From Basidiobolus meristosporus CBS 931.73 (taxonomy: Eukaryota; Fungi; Basidiobolomycota): DNA of 64,000 nt. The notes below the pieces were generated by a model that was not told the DNA's origin, did not search any database, and was given only the letters and a program-made list of their open reading frames with translations. Where the stretch lies: positions 19,467 to 83,466 of the forward strand of contig MCFE01000386.1 in assembly GCA_002104905.1 (NCBI GenBank), read 5' to 3'. Below, in pieces: positions 1 to 10,900 of this stretch. Made by a program: the position numbers and the translations under genes. Each line of letters starts with the position of its first letter. Position 1 is the first letter of the stretch.

Positions 1-40
1 CAGAGTGTGTTGCGTTTCTGTTGCTAATGTGCAACTGTAG

Positions 41-463
41 GGGTGTTTCATGACGGAGCTCAAATTAATGTTGACCGGTGTGGGAACAGGTTATTGCCAG
101 CAGAGCTTTTTATTCCAATGGGATCGACAGTGAGTTCAACATTGTAGATCAGTGGTTACCATCTTCAAACAGATATTACCTGCATGGGATAGTGGTTGAG
201 ACACTAACCAAGAATGTTTGTTACCGTCGTTGTTACCTTCGCCTTTCCTAAATGGGATAGCTCTGTTGTGTCTGGCAGTCACTGGTATACTTATATTGAC
301 TCTACACCCTCAAGTTATTATGAGCACTTCTTTTCTCTGTTATTCTTGCAAGCAATAGAAAAGCCAACATCATTCCTACCTTCGTGAATAGCTATAGAGT
401 AGCACGCTCTTCTTGCTGCGCCAGAATTAACGTGTTAGTGCACGAGCTTTACACTGCCTGGTA
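41..463 (+). CDS. Possible 3' exons of an unidentified gene running in from the left edge
   Basis: Branch point plus acceptor (gctaat...tgtag, ending at 40) is followed by open stretches VFHDGAQINVDRCGNRLLPAELFIPMGST, VVTFAFPKWDSSVV and KANIIPTFVNSYRVARSSCCARINVLVHELYTAW*. Family not recognised; these could instead be 5' exons of the kinase. Confidence 0.25.
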
Positions 464-605
464 AGGCGCCTTACATCGAGCTTCCAAAGAAGTATTCTAA
501 AGCCTACAATAAGGTTTTCCCCTTTCAAACCTCCTACAGAGTGTCCAGCTTCAGGCGCCATGCCATATCTCAAGTTCAATAAAAACAATGTGGAGAATTC
601 TATAG

Positions 606-3600
606 TCCGAAAACGAAAGTACCGAGCTGGCCGTTGCTGAGCTGATCGAGTTGAAAGATTGGTCTAAAACTCCTCTAGGTCCGAAAGCAGGTTGGGGGGA
701 CCATCTCAAGTGGATTCTTAATCTAGTTCTCCACTCGCCCTTTCCAATGGCAGTTTACTATGGGAGTGAGCTCCTGCTATTCTATAACCAAGCTTGGATA
801 CCGGTTCTCGGGGATAAACACCCTGCAGGTAAAGTCATTGGTTTACAACATGGAAACCATATATTGACCCTCTTTGTATCAAAGCTTTTGGGGAACCCGG
901 TCACAAGATATGGTCAGAGGTTTGGTACGTTGTGGAACCTATGATTAGGAAAACCTACTTGACTGGGGAGACCACATACATGGATAATTATCTATTCATC
1001 TTGCAGCGCGCCAGTTACGAAGAGGAGGCTTGGTTTCGGTTTTCTCTTTCCCCGGTTTTTGATTCGAACGGAGGTATTGTTGGTGTGTTCAACACAGTAT
1101 ACGAACAAACACAGCAATTTATTGGTCATCGCCAGTTTACTGTGTTGAACGAAGTTGGAAAATTGACACGTGCTGCCCAGTCCCACCTAGAGGCATGCCA
1201 TTTGGTCATCTCAGCACTCAAAAGTCACAACGATGATGTACCCTGGTCCATGATATATTATCCTTATCGATCGAACAGTGTCTCTTCGTTGAGCCTTGTC
1301 TCCAGTAGCTTCGGGGAAGATATCAGCAGTAGTGGATTAGACCCCAGTGTTGTTCGAGATTTGACGAACGTAATCGAGGCAGACGTATGCTTAGATTACT
1401 GGCCCGGCGTCAAAGTCGCAAATTCCGGCGAAGCTGAGCTTACCAGGCTTCCGGGAAACACACGGGCGGTGTTTCTTCCTCTTTTCGTAACCCAGATTTC
1501 CGAAGGTCACTTGTTACCGGTGATGGTATGTGGACTCCGCCCGTTGCGGCCTCTGGACGACAATTATCAAGATTTCTTCTCTCACCTTGCTGCATATGTA
1601 ACTGCAGCGATAAAATCGGGGATAACATGCGAAGAGGAAAATAATCAGATCCAAAAGTTAGCCGAACTAAATCGATCCAAGACGGCATTCTTCCAAAATG
1701 TATCTCATGAACTTAGGACGCCATTGACGCTGATCCTAAGCCCTATGGAGCAGATATTGCGCGAGCAAACACTTCCACACAAAACCCACCAGAGCCTACT
1801 GATGATCCAGAGAAACAGCAGGCGATTGTTGAAGTTGGTCAACACGCTTCTCGAGTTCAGCAAAATCGAAGCAGGAAAGAGCACTGCGGTTTTTCAGAAA
1901 ACCCAAGTTTCACTGTTCACTCGGGAGTTGCTGGCATCGTTTGAGTCGACCGCGGAGACTCTGGGAATCAAATTTGTCATCGAGATTCCAAAGATCTTCC
2001 CCCAGCATCCCATCTACCTTGACCAGGATATGTGGGAGAAAATACTGTTTAACCTGGTTTCAAACGCGTTCAAGTTCACTAAAAACGGTACTGTGATGGT
2101 TAGACTACGGTTGGGCGTCCTTGGCACAGTCGACAGGCAACCCGTCGAAGCAATTCATTTGTCAGTAGCCGACACAGGGATAGGCATTTCGCAAGAAGAC
2201 ATGAAGCATTTGTTCGACCGCTTTTACTGTACCAGGAGCGTTGAAGCTCGGTCATACGAGGGAACTGGAATAGGGCTTGCTCTAGTCAAAGAGTTGGTTC
2301 AATTCCATTCCGGGATCATTGATGTCGAGTCGGAAGAGAGGGTTGGGACAACGTTCAACGTGTTTATTCCAACCGGGAAATCACACATTCCACCGGAATT
2401 TATCCTAGATGATAGCGGCACGTCATATGGAGTAAATGCCAAAAAAACCGCAACGCTTTTCATAGACGAAATGCAGCAATGGGCCTCCACCACTCAAAAG
2501 TCCCCATCTCCGGTTAAGCTAGACGCGGCTCCAAAAGGCCCATCTTCTACGCAAAAGTCATGTGTTCTTCTAGTGGACGATAACTGTGATATGCGGCAAT
2601 ACATACGCGCTTTGCTAGAGGATGAGTTTGAGGTATTGGTGACATCGAATGGGCTCGAGGCTCTGGATGTGATAGAATCCCGAATACCAGACCTAGTTTT
2701 GACAGGTAAGCGCACCACCATTAGTATAATTCTTGTTGAGCGGTTTCTGAATATTCTATCCATAGATGTGATGATGCCTCATTTGGATGGATTGGAGCTA
2801 TTAAAAGCGTTGAGAAAGGATCGTCGAACATCCACGATCCCAATCGTGTTTTTGTCTGCACGAGCAGGCACTGAGGCTTCCACAGAAGGCGTAGAGGCTG
2901 GAGCTGACGACTATCTTGTAAAACCGTTTTCTACTCAAGAACTACTTGCTCGTGTTCGTACCAATATCAAGTTGAACAAACTAAGACACGAGCTTCTCGT
3001 ACAGCAACAAATGCAAACAGAGTCCAAGCAAATGGTGATCAACATTTCAGGGAAAATCCGGGCTAGAATTGGCCTGGAGAGCATCCTGCAAGAGACGGCT
3101 AATGAAATCAGAGCAGCGTTAAATGCAGACGGAATATTGATTTGTCGTAGCTCAGGGGGCCAGCATGAGTTCATTGTCCATGCAGAAGCACGGTGCCCGA
3201 ACTCCAGGTTCCAGTCTTTCCTTGATCGAGCGTTCAGTTATGTCTCTGGACCAACGCTGGTCGAGTTCTTCAATGATGGCGGTTCGGTCGACCTGACTAA
3301 TCTGTTTCCATCGGATTTCTTCGAAGACTGCTGCTTTGTTGGAGTACCAATTATGCTGAATGATGAGCACTGGGGCTGGATTGCAGCACGTCAGAGACCT
3401 GGTCTTGCTTGGAATGATCAACAAAGCTCTCTGGTCGAACAGATAGCAACACAGGTCGCTCTAGCCATTTCCCATGACAAACTTGTCAGTGAAAGAATCT
3501 ATCAGGAGATCCAAATTGAGGCGGCAAATGCTGCCAATAGGGCGAAGAGCGTTATTCTTGCTAACACATCGCATGGTAAACTCTTATTTACTTGGAATCC

Positions 3601-5314
3601 TTCCACAACTGCTCATCATTAATTCTTAGAGATTCGTACGCCATTGAATGCGATCATCGGGCTGGTGAGTGCGTTTGAGGACACACAGCTGACGTTGGAG
3701 CAGAGAGAAATGCTGAAGATCATGCTTACTGCTAGTGGTGTATTGTTAAGGGTGGTTAACGATATTCTTGATATGGCTAAGCTGGAAGCTGGAAAAATCA
3801 AGCTCAAACCGATGGATTTTAACCTCCATGACTTGGTTCAGTCTACTGTGGATCTATTCTCGGAGCAAAAAGAACAGAAAAACCTCAAACTAACATTCAG
3901 CTGCGACCCAAGTGTGCCAAAGATGGTTGTGGGAGATTCAGCGCGTATCCAACAAGTGTTGATGAATCTTCTGGGCAACGCATTGAAATTTACGGATAAA
4001 GGCGAAGTCTCGATCTTCGTAGATGTGATGGATTCTCTGAAAGCCAGCCCTCCCGACTCCAACAAAGTGGCTCTTCGATTTCGGGTCACGGATACAGGTA
4101 TTGGTATTTCAAAGGAAGCCATAAACACGCATCTTTTCCGCTCCTTCCACCAAATCGATGGCTCCATGACTCGCAAATATGAGGGCGTGGGTCTTGGATT
4201 AGCCATCTGCAAGGAGCTGATTGAGATTGGGAATGGGGACATTGGCGTCGAGTCCACTCCTGGCGAAGGGTCTTCTTTCTGGTTTACCTGGCATTTCACT
4301 TTACCAGACTCTCCCCAAATTGTTAAGAGCCAATACCTGGACGCAATCCACACACAAAAATGTCTGACTATATGTGCGGGTGATGCCGAGGATAACTCCA
4401 TTGCAATGTTAATTCAAGATCTAGTGAGATCTCATACCCAAGCCAGAACGTATAGTGACGGCCTGGATGTTTTGAAACGGACACAGCCCTCATCCGACCC
4501 ATTTCAGTGTGTGTTTCTCAATGTACTGGGGAATGAGGTGCCTAACGCGCTTTTGGATAATGTATCCAAGCTGAAGGCTTTGGATCCATCGCTACGAGTC
4601 ATGGTCATATTCCCATTGTCATGTCTCCATTTGGCTCAGTCTGCTGTGAGCCATTTTGATGACACCGTTGTGGGAATGTCTATGCCAGTTACTAAATTTA
4701 AACTGACCTGCGCACTGCTCAACTTATATCAGATGAAATTAGACTTGGAGCCGAAGCCTAGGAAGGGTAATGAATCGCCAAAATGTGACAGGTTTCCAGT
4801 ATCGCCAACACAGGATCCATCGTCCGACAAATGCCCACATAAATCATTCCCGAAGAGGACCAGGAACCTATCTACCAGCCCAAGGAGGCAAAGCTCAGAA
4901 CTGGAGCCTGAGGACAACAATGCTTGCGCCAACGGAGATTTTATGATATTAGTGGTGGAAGACAATCCTGTCAACATGGAAGTGGTCCATAGACAACTGA
5001 AACGTCTTGGCTATCGATCAGCAGGAGCCAAAAACGGTTCAGAAGCTGTGGAAATGCTAAAAACCTCTGGAGACACATTTTCCCTGGTTTTAATGGACTG
5101 TGCAATGCCTGTCAAGGATGGATTCGAGGCCACAAGAGATGTCCGACAACTATTCAACACACCCGTCCGGGACATCCCGATTGTTGCACTGAGTGCCAGT
5201 TGTATTGATAGCATACAGCAAGAATGCATCACTTCAGGAATGAACGACTTTCTATCCAAACCGGTAAAACTTGGTGAGCTGAGCCAGATGCTTCAAAAAT
5301 GGCTGGCAAAATGA
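606..5314 (+). CDS. Dual hybrid histidine kinase: PAS-like, GAF, HisKA, HATPase, REC, GAF, HisKA, HATPase, degenerate REC, REC. 5' end unresolved.
   Basis: N-terminal DWSKTPLGP...FPMAVYYG...YNQA...KHP motif; H-box 1 FFQNVSHELRTPL; G-boxes DTGIG/GTGIGL; REC1 VLLVDDN...DVMMP; H-box 2 ANTSHEIRTPLN after splicing; REC2 ILVVEDN...MDCAMP. Introns at about 830-884, 2706-2765 (in-frame, restores LVLTDVMMP) and 3576-3629 (restores SH-EIRTP). Confidence 0.93.
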
Positions 5315-5325
5315 GGAGTGTAAAC

Positions 5326-5329
5326 CATA

Positions 5330-5363
<34 letters not shown>

Positions 5364-5375
5364 CATATATACACA
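5326..5375. repeat. (ATAC)n/(AT)n microsatellite in the kinase 3' region
   Basis: catatacatacatacatacatacatacatacatatatacatatatacac read directly. Confidence 0.95.
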
Positions 5376-6454
5376 TCGTGCTAGTGTTTATTTCCGTGTG
5401 TCGATATAATCAGAGATAGGTACGCCTCCAAAGCCTCCTCTTTGCTGTTGGTTATTCACACACATTCTGTAAATAGGATGAATAACAAATCTGTTATGAA
5501 GGAGTCTCTAGTCTGCTTCGCAAACCAATCGTACTAGACCATACTCATCCATAATTGCTAAACACAAACCAGTACAGATCAGCACCAATGGATCCTTGGC
5601 GATTCAGAATGTATAGGGGCAATAATAGGGGATTGTCATGGCAAGTGGTGATGTTCCACATTCGTTGAGAACATGGCGAAGGTTCACGTGTAAGGCAACA
5701 TGGGATACTACCGCAGAAGGTATTTACCGGATCATGCAGCAACAGACCAATGCACAGATTGTTTCACGAGTTAGCAAGCAACGCATCGATAGGATAAACC
5801 AACAGGGAAGATTGGCCTGGAAGAGACGGGCTTACTAATCAGCAGTAAACATCAAAGTGGACCATATATATTTAGTAAAGGGTTTCAAAGGCTACACAAG
5901 TTAAACCATGAATCAACGTTACTGATTTCCTTTCTGGAATGGCGAGTTGGCTAATCAGAAAGCTTAATGATGACCAATGGTTGGTTGCGTAATTTCGATG
6001 ACTATCCATCAATCAAGTCCTTCAGTCTAGACGAATAGTTGGTTATTAGAATCATCCACGCCCTTGGTAAACGCATGTTGCACAAAGCTTACTTTCTTCC
6101 ATTAAATCTTTGTTTGATTCTCGAATATATGTCATCCAGTCAGTGGCTGACGATAATTGGCTGCCCTGACGAGTTCTATCGATCATCTTGCTAGATTGAG
6201 AAAAGAGAACTTTTATATTTATTATGCTTTTGATTTTATCCTCGACTATACTATAAATGTGCTCTTTTTCTCGAGAAATTCTGGTTCGGAAACAAGCGTA
6301 AAGCTATAATTCTTCTTTCCTTTAAGCATATGTTCTTTATCCTGAACTTGTTATATTGTAAAGCCCCTTGTAAATCTTTCTAGTTTTTGCCCTCGAAACA
6401 CAGTATATTTTCACTGCTTCTTGTAAATTGTCCTTTAACTGCTACAGAAGCGTA

Positions 6455-7660
6455 ATGACCGCTAGTGTCCTAGGCCTAATTATAGCCGTGTCTATCTATG
6501 ATATCTTTATCCTCGTGACAGTTGGCCTTCTAATATACTACCGAAACGATCCTTTCTTTGCCCATCGTAACATACTCATAACAACTATCATTGGTCTAAC
6601 CTCGGCAGTCTTACTTCCTGTGGTCGTCTTCATCCCATACATTCCTTGTTGGCTATTCCTCTACCTAGTCAATCTTTTATTTCCTCTGATTTTCATCTGC
6701 TTTACCGGAAAGGTTATTCAGCTAACCTTTCTGTATTACTCTACCCAAGCCAAGCTCAGTCGTAGTGAGGATTACGCCTCAAGTGAGACCTCGCAGACCA
6801 TCCTGGCAAACCCTGGAGCAAATGTTTTCTATCGATACCAGCGCTATTTCAACAATTACGTATGGCTCACTTGGTGCGGGGTGGAGCTGACACTTTATCT
6901 TATTTTGATATCCATTATACTCTTCACTGCCCCCTCACTCCCAACAGACTTTTCTGATATCCAAACTATCGCTTTCTCGCCCACCCTCATATGCTACTCT
7001 TTTCATATTTTGATACAATGGCCAATATTTATTTGGTACCTGCGATATGTCAATGATGCTTTTCATATCCGATTCGGGCTGCTGCTAATGGAATTGATGG
7101 AGATTGTCAGTATTGTTGGGCTGATACTTCGCGTCACCATCGACTACATCAAGGAACACTGGGAGATCTACGCTATATATTGTGCCGTACGGATCATACT
7201 GGTTCACATTGCTGTCCTCGTAGTCCCTCTCTGCCGTCGTCCTCGGACACCCAAAGCCGTGGACCCGTTCCACCCATGCTATGATATCAGTTCCTTGCTG
7301 TCAATCATGAAAGATCCGGTGCTCTATGAAGATTTCAAGCAATTCGCGCTGCGTGTCTTTGCCGTAGAGAACACCTTATTTTACCGAAGGTGTATGGATT
7401 TGAAGGCGGCATCTAATTCAGTGATCACCAACAAGAAGGAAGTCTACAACATATACAATATATTCATTCGGCCCAATAGCGAGATGGAAATCAACATTAC
7501 CGAGGATGTCCAGGACCAAATTTCTTTCGCCTTGATGAAACCTCACCATGACGGATACCCAATGGATCTATTTGATCGAGCAATGAATCAAGTCCTTGAC
7601 ATCATCTATCATGACATCTTTCCAAGATATTTGGCATACAAAAACCGTCTGCCCGTTTAG
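6455..7660 (+). CDS. Seven-transmembrane protein with a C-terminal RGS domain (GprK/AtRGS1-like)
   Basis: Seven hydrophobic segments and a D-x-F-x-I-R motif (NDAFHIRF), then the RGS signature LLSIMKDPVLYEDFKQFA...ENTLFY...IYNIFIRPNSEMEINI...LFDRA...DIFPRYL. First ATG is at 6455; the ORF track starts at a TTG (6428). Confidence 0.85.
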   Translation: MTASVLGLIIAVSIYDIFILVTVGLLIYYRNDPFFAHRNILITTIIGLTSAVLLPVVVFIPYIPCWLFLYLVNLLFPLIFICFTGKVIQLTFLYYSTQAKLSRSEDYASSETSQTILANPGANVFYRYQRYFNNYVWLTWCGVELTLYLILISIILFTAPSLPTDFSDIQTIAFSPTLICYSFHILIQWPIFIWYLRYVNDAFHIRFGLLLMELMEIVSIVGLILRVTIDYIKEHWEIYAIYCAVRIILVHIAVLVVPLCRRPRTPKAVDPFHPCYDISSLLSIMKDPVLYEDFKQFALRVFAVENTLFYRRCMDLKAASNSVITNKKEVYNIYNIFIRPNSEMEINITEDVQDQISFALMKPHHDGYPMDLFDRAMNQVLDIIYHDIFPRYLAYKNRLPV

Positions 7661-7962
7661 TGAGGGCGGGCATGCAAAATCTCTCCATAGACAACTTGTA
7701 TTATTCCTAGCATATTAGAGGTATTGATGTGTTGAAGCGTTGTACATAATTAATCAGTGTGTAAATAAACCGACTCCAATGCATATTCAACTCAATCAAT
7801 GCACAAATTGCTTCGTGACTGCCCTCTACGAGATATTTGCGCCGCAATATTTACTGATTGAATGTTATTGGTTTCTTTGTTGATATTTTATTTTTCCTTT
7901 GAACCGTTTAACCTGTCGACTGTACTTCTTTCCATCAATATAGAATAAACACCTGAACACTC

Positions 7963-10900
7963 ATGTTGGCTACGGAAGGAGGTATTCTACTATCTCGCCC
8001 CTGACCGCCCAAAACTCTGTCCACTAAAGCCTTGTCATCTTGCAGATCTCAAATCTTTCTTTGAACGTACAATAGAGAAGGCTGGGTTAAAGGTGGAGGA
8101 AGACTCCTTTACGCTAGGTACTTGTGAAATATGTACCCATTCTGAATGGACTAAACGATTTGCGTGCCTAACCCAAATGCTATACCTTAGCTGTGGAGCA
8201 GTCGTTATTCCGTAGAAATATACAACTAGAAATTCTCAAGGCGAACGCCAAAAATAACATTGTTGAGGAGTTTATACAGCAATTCGAAGTGTTTGTAGAT
8301 GACTTGAATACCCTCAAACTTTGCTTGCAACCTACTGCCATTGCCGGCTCCATTAAGGGAACATATACAACCGATAGCTTAGTTCGGATTCTGCTCAGTA
8401 TCGACTCTGTACAACCAGATTTATTGGATTTGCTCCTAGAAAAGCTGACCCATTTTATTTCCGCCGGGGACGACGCGTACGTAGATACATTCTGAGCCTA
8501 TATTCCAGCGAAATTTCAACTGATTACGTGTTACTAAGCGAGCTGGAGAGTTTCCCAAAATCAATCCTACATCAATTAAGGTGGTTAGATCACATAGTCG
8601 AGCCCGAAAGATTGACCGCCAAGATTATGGAGGTAGCTTGCTTGGAGCGCTGAACCATACAGAATACGTTGATTTAAAATCCATTCTAGATAATATCAAT
8701 TACTCCTATCGAGATCCAAAGGGAACTCATTGTAAATCTACCAGAAATAGTGAATGACTCTGAACATAAGGTTCGTTGATGTTTATATATAATACCAAAT
8801 AACCCATCAATACGCCGTTAACATAGAGAAAATAAAAGGTGGTTGTTGCTGAGCTACAAACTTTGATGGAGGAGAACGCAAATCTTATGGCCCCAATCCT
8901 GGATGCACTGTCTAATTTGAATCTGCAGAAAGAGTTATTGGTAGGGATGTGAATGTTTGTGCGCAAGGAGAATCTTATATTGAAACTGGGTTTCTCTAGG
9001 ATAACATACGAGAGCCCATAATAGATCGCTTGGAGTCGGCCGACCTGGACGACCTACCTATCATGATCAAATTCTTACTCCAATCAGTTGACGCTGACAA
9101 CGCTCAATACGTAGGCTTCCAAGATGTTGGCATTCTCAACCCATTAGCCCTGACATTTGTATCGTGTAGGTTATCGGGCGTATTCGATCCAAGTTGGATT
9201 TGAAATCGATCTATCGTTTACGCGACGACAAATTATTTTCTCAGAGTACTAGTTCGAAGGCGGCACAGAAGACAAAGAAGATACCAGAAACCTTGATTCT
9301 AGGTATTGCGCCAGCATCTACTTGCTCTACCTCACCACGATTGTAACCTTTCTGGTCAAGAATCCTTAAGATCAGGACTTCAATTCAACAAAATGCTCCG
9401 TGACGTCTGGCTCAAGGTTATCGGTGAAGTTGGTGATGAGCAGGACCACCAATTACTCGACTTTATTATATTGATCATCATGCACTCGTTAAAGAACATT
9501 AAGAAGAAGGCTGAAAGCATATTTCGCAAGAAAATCTCTTCCGGAGTTTTCTCGCTCTCTCTACTCGAAGAGACAATCATCAATCACCACGAGGCTTTGC
9601 GGGAATACTTTGGTTCGCTGCTGTCACTTGCAGAGGCTCAATTACGGGCTTGCCAAAACAATATGATCCTTGGCCGAGCTGCCAGCGTTATTTATGAAGC
9701 GTGCTTTCGAACCTTTGACTCGTACTACCGACAGGAAGTTATTGGCTCGCTGGTCACTCACATCGGGAGTGGAGCCTCCTGGGAAATTGACACTGCCCTT
9801 GACTGTTTACTGAATATCGTCACGACATGTGCCAAAGAAGCGGTCCCCTTTTCTATTTTTATCAAAGGGATCCTCGATTATCTTGACAACTTATCTATTA
9901 CCCAGATCAGAGTTTTGTTCAGTATTTTCAGCGCTTTAGCCTCGGAGGTAACTAATATTATTACTATCTATGATAACCACAAGACTAAGCAACCTTTCAC
10001 CAATCAGGGGCAGAAAAAAGGAGAAGACGGGATATTGAATGATCTCAACATTGTCATACGGAAGCAATTGTCGAGCTCCATCGAAAAATATCGGCAAATG
10101 GGTGTCGTAGGTGCCTTGGCGATTGTCAAGAAGATAGGTTCTAAAGATAGCGTAGCTTTACGAGCTGGAAGTAGTCGCATAGGTAGAGTTTTTTATTCGT
10201 ACCAGGCTGGATATTTTGGATTCTAAACCTTATGCCACTCCAAAGATGACGAGGTGCACATGTCTCAAGCCCTGAAAAACCCTCAGCTCCGCCAAGCAAT
10301 CGCCGTCATCGAGATGACCATGGAATCTTGCAAGAAATCATCGGTTAGTTCCCTCATAGTATAGTGTTGCTAGGAACACGCCATGCTGATCACTATTCAA
10401 GAGCTCTCTTGCGTTGGCTTACGATGAATTGTCGAACATCATTGAATCCAATATGCTGGATCCGCGCTTAACATATTGGATCAACGAAAATATTGCTTGT
10501 AACTTTGCGGATGTGTTTCTCTGTGAGAAGTCGGAAATCTATAGTTTGGAAGGCAATACGCTTCTCAACACATTGCCAACCGAAATCTGGATGGATATTG
10601 ATGGAGAGGTGTAAATCAAAAGATCTACGGAATTCATCTCACCGGTGCTAATTGTTATATTTGATAGAACTCTGCAGTTACTCTCAAAATATACCCCATG
10701 CTAAGTGGAACATGCTCTGTTGATGAAGACTACGCCTCAGCAACTGGAATTAGCAGTGGACTCCACACACAAAACTTCCTACGATATATGTGCTCACTGT
10801 TCAGGTTGATGCAGAATTGCACCAAAGCCTTGAACAATGGATCCCTAGATGATATTGATGCACTTCTAGGATGTGGATTAGCCATGTATTCCAAAGTGAA

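Noticed and set aside
5545-5870. Possible small spliced minus-strand gene (GTAAGC donor, GCTAAC branch point) between the kinase and the RGS gene
   Set aside because: The predicted peptide has no recognisable features and the branch point is far from the next AG; unsupported without RNA data.
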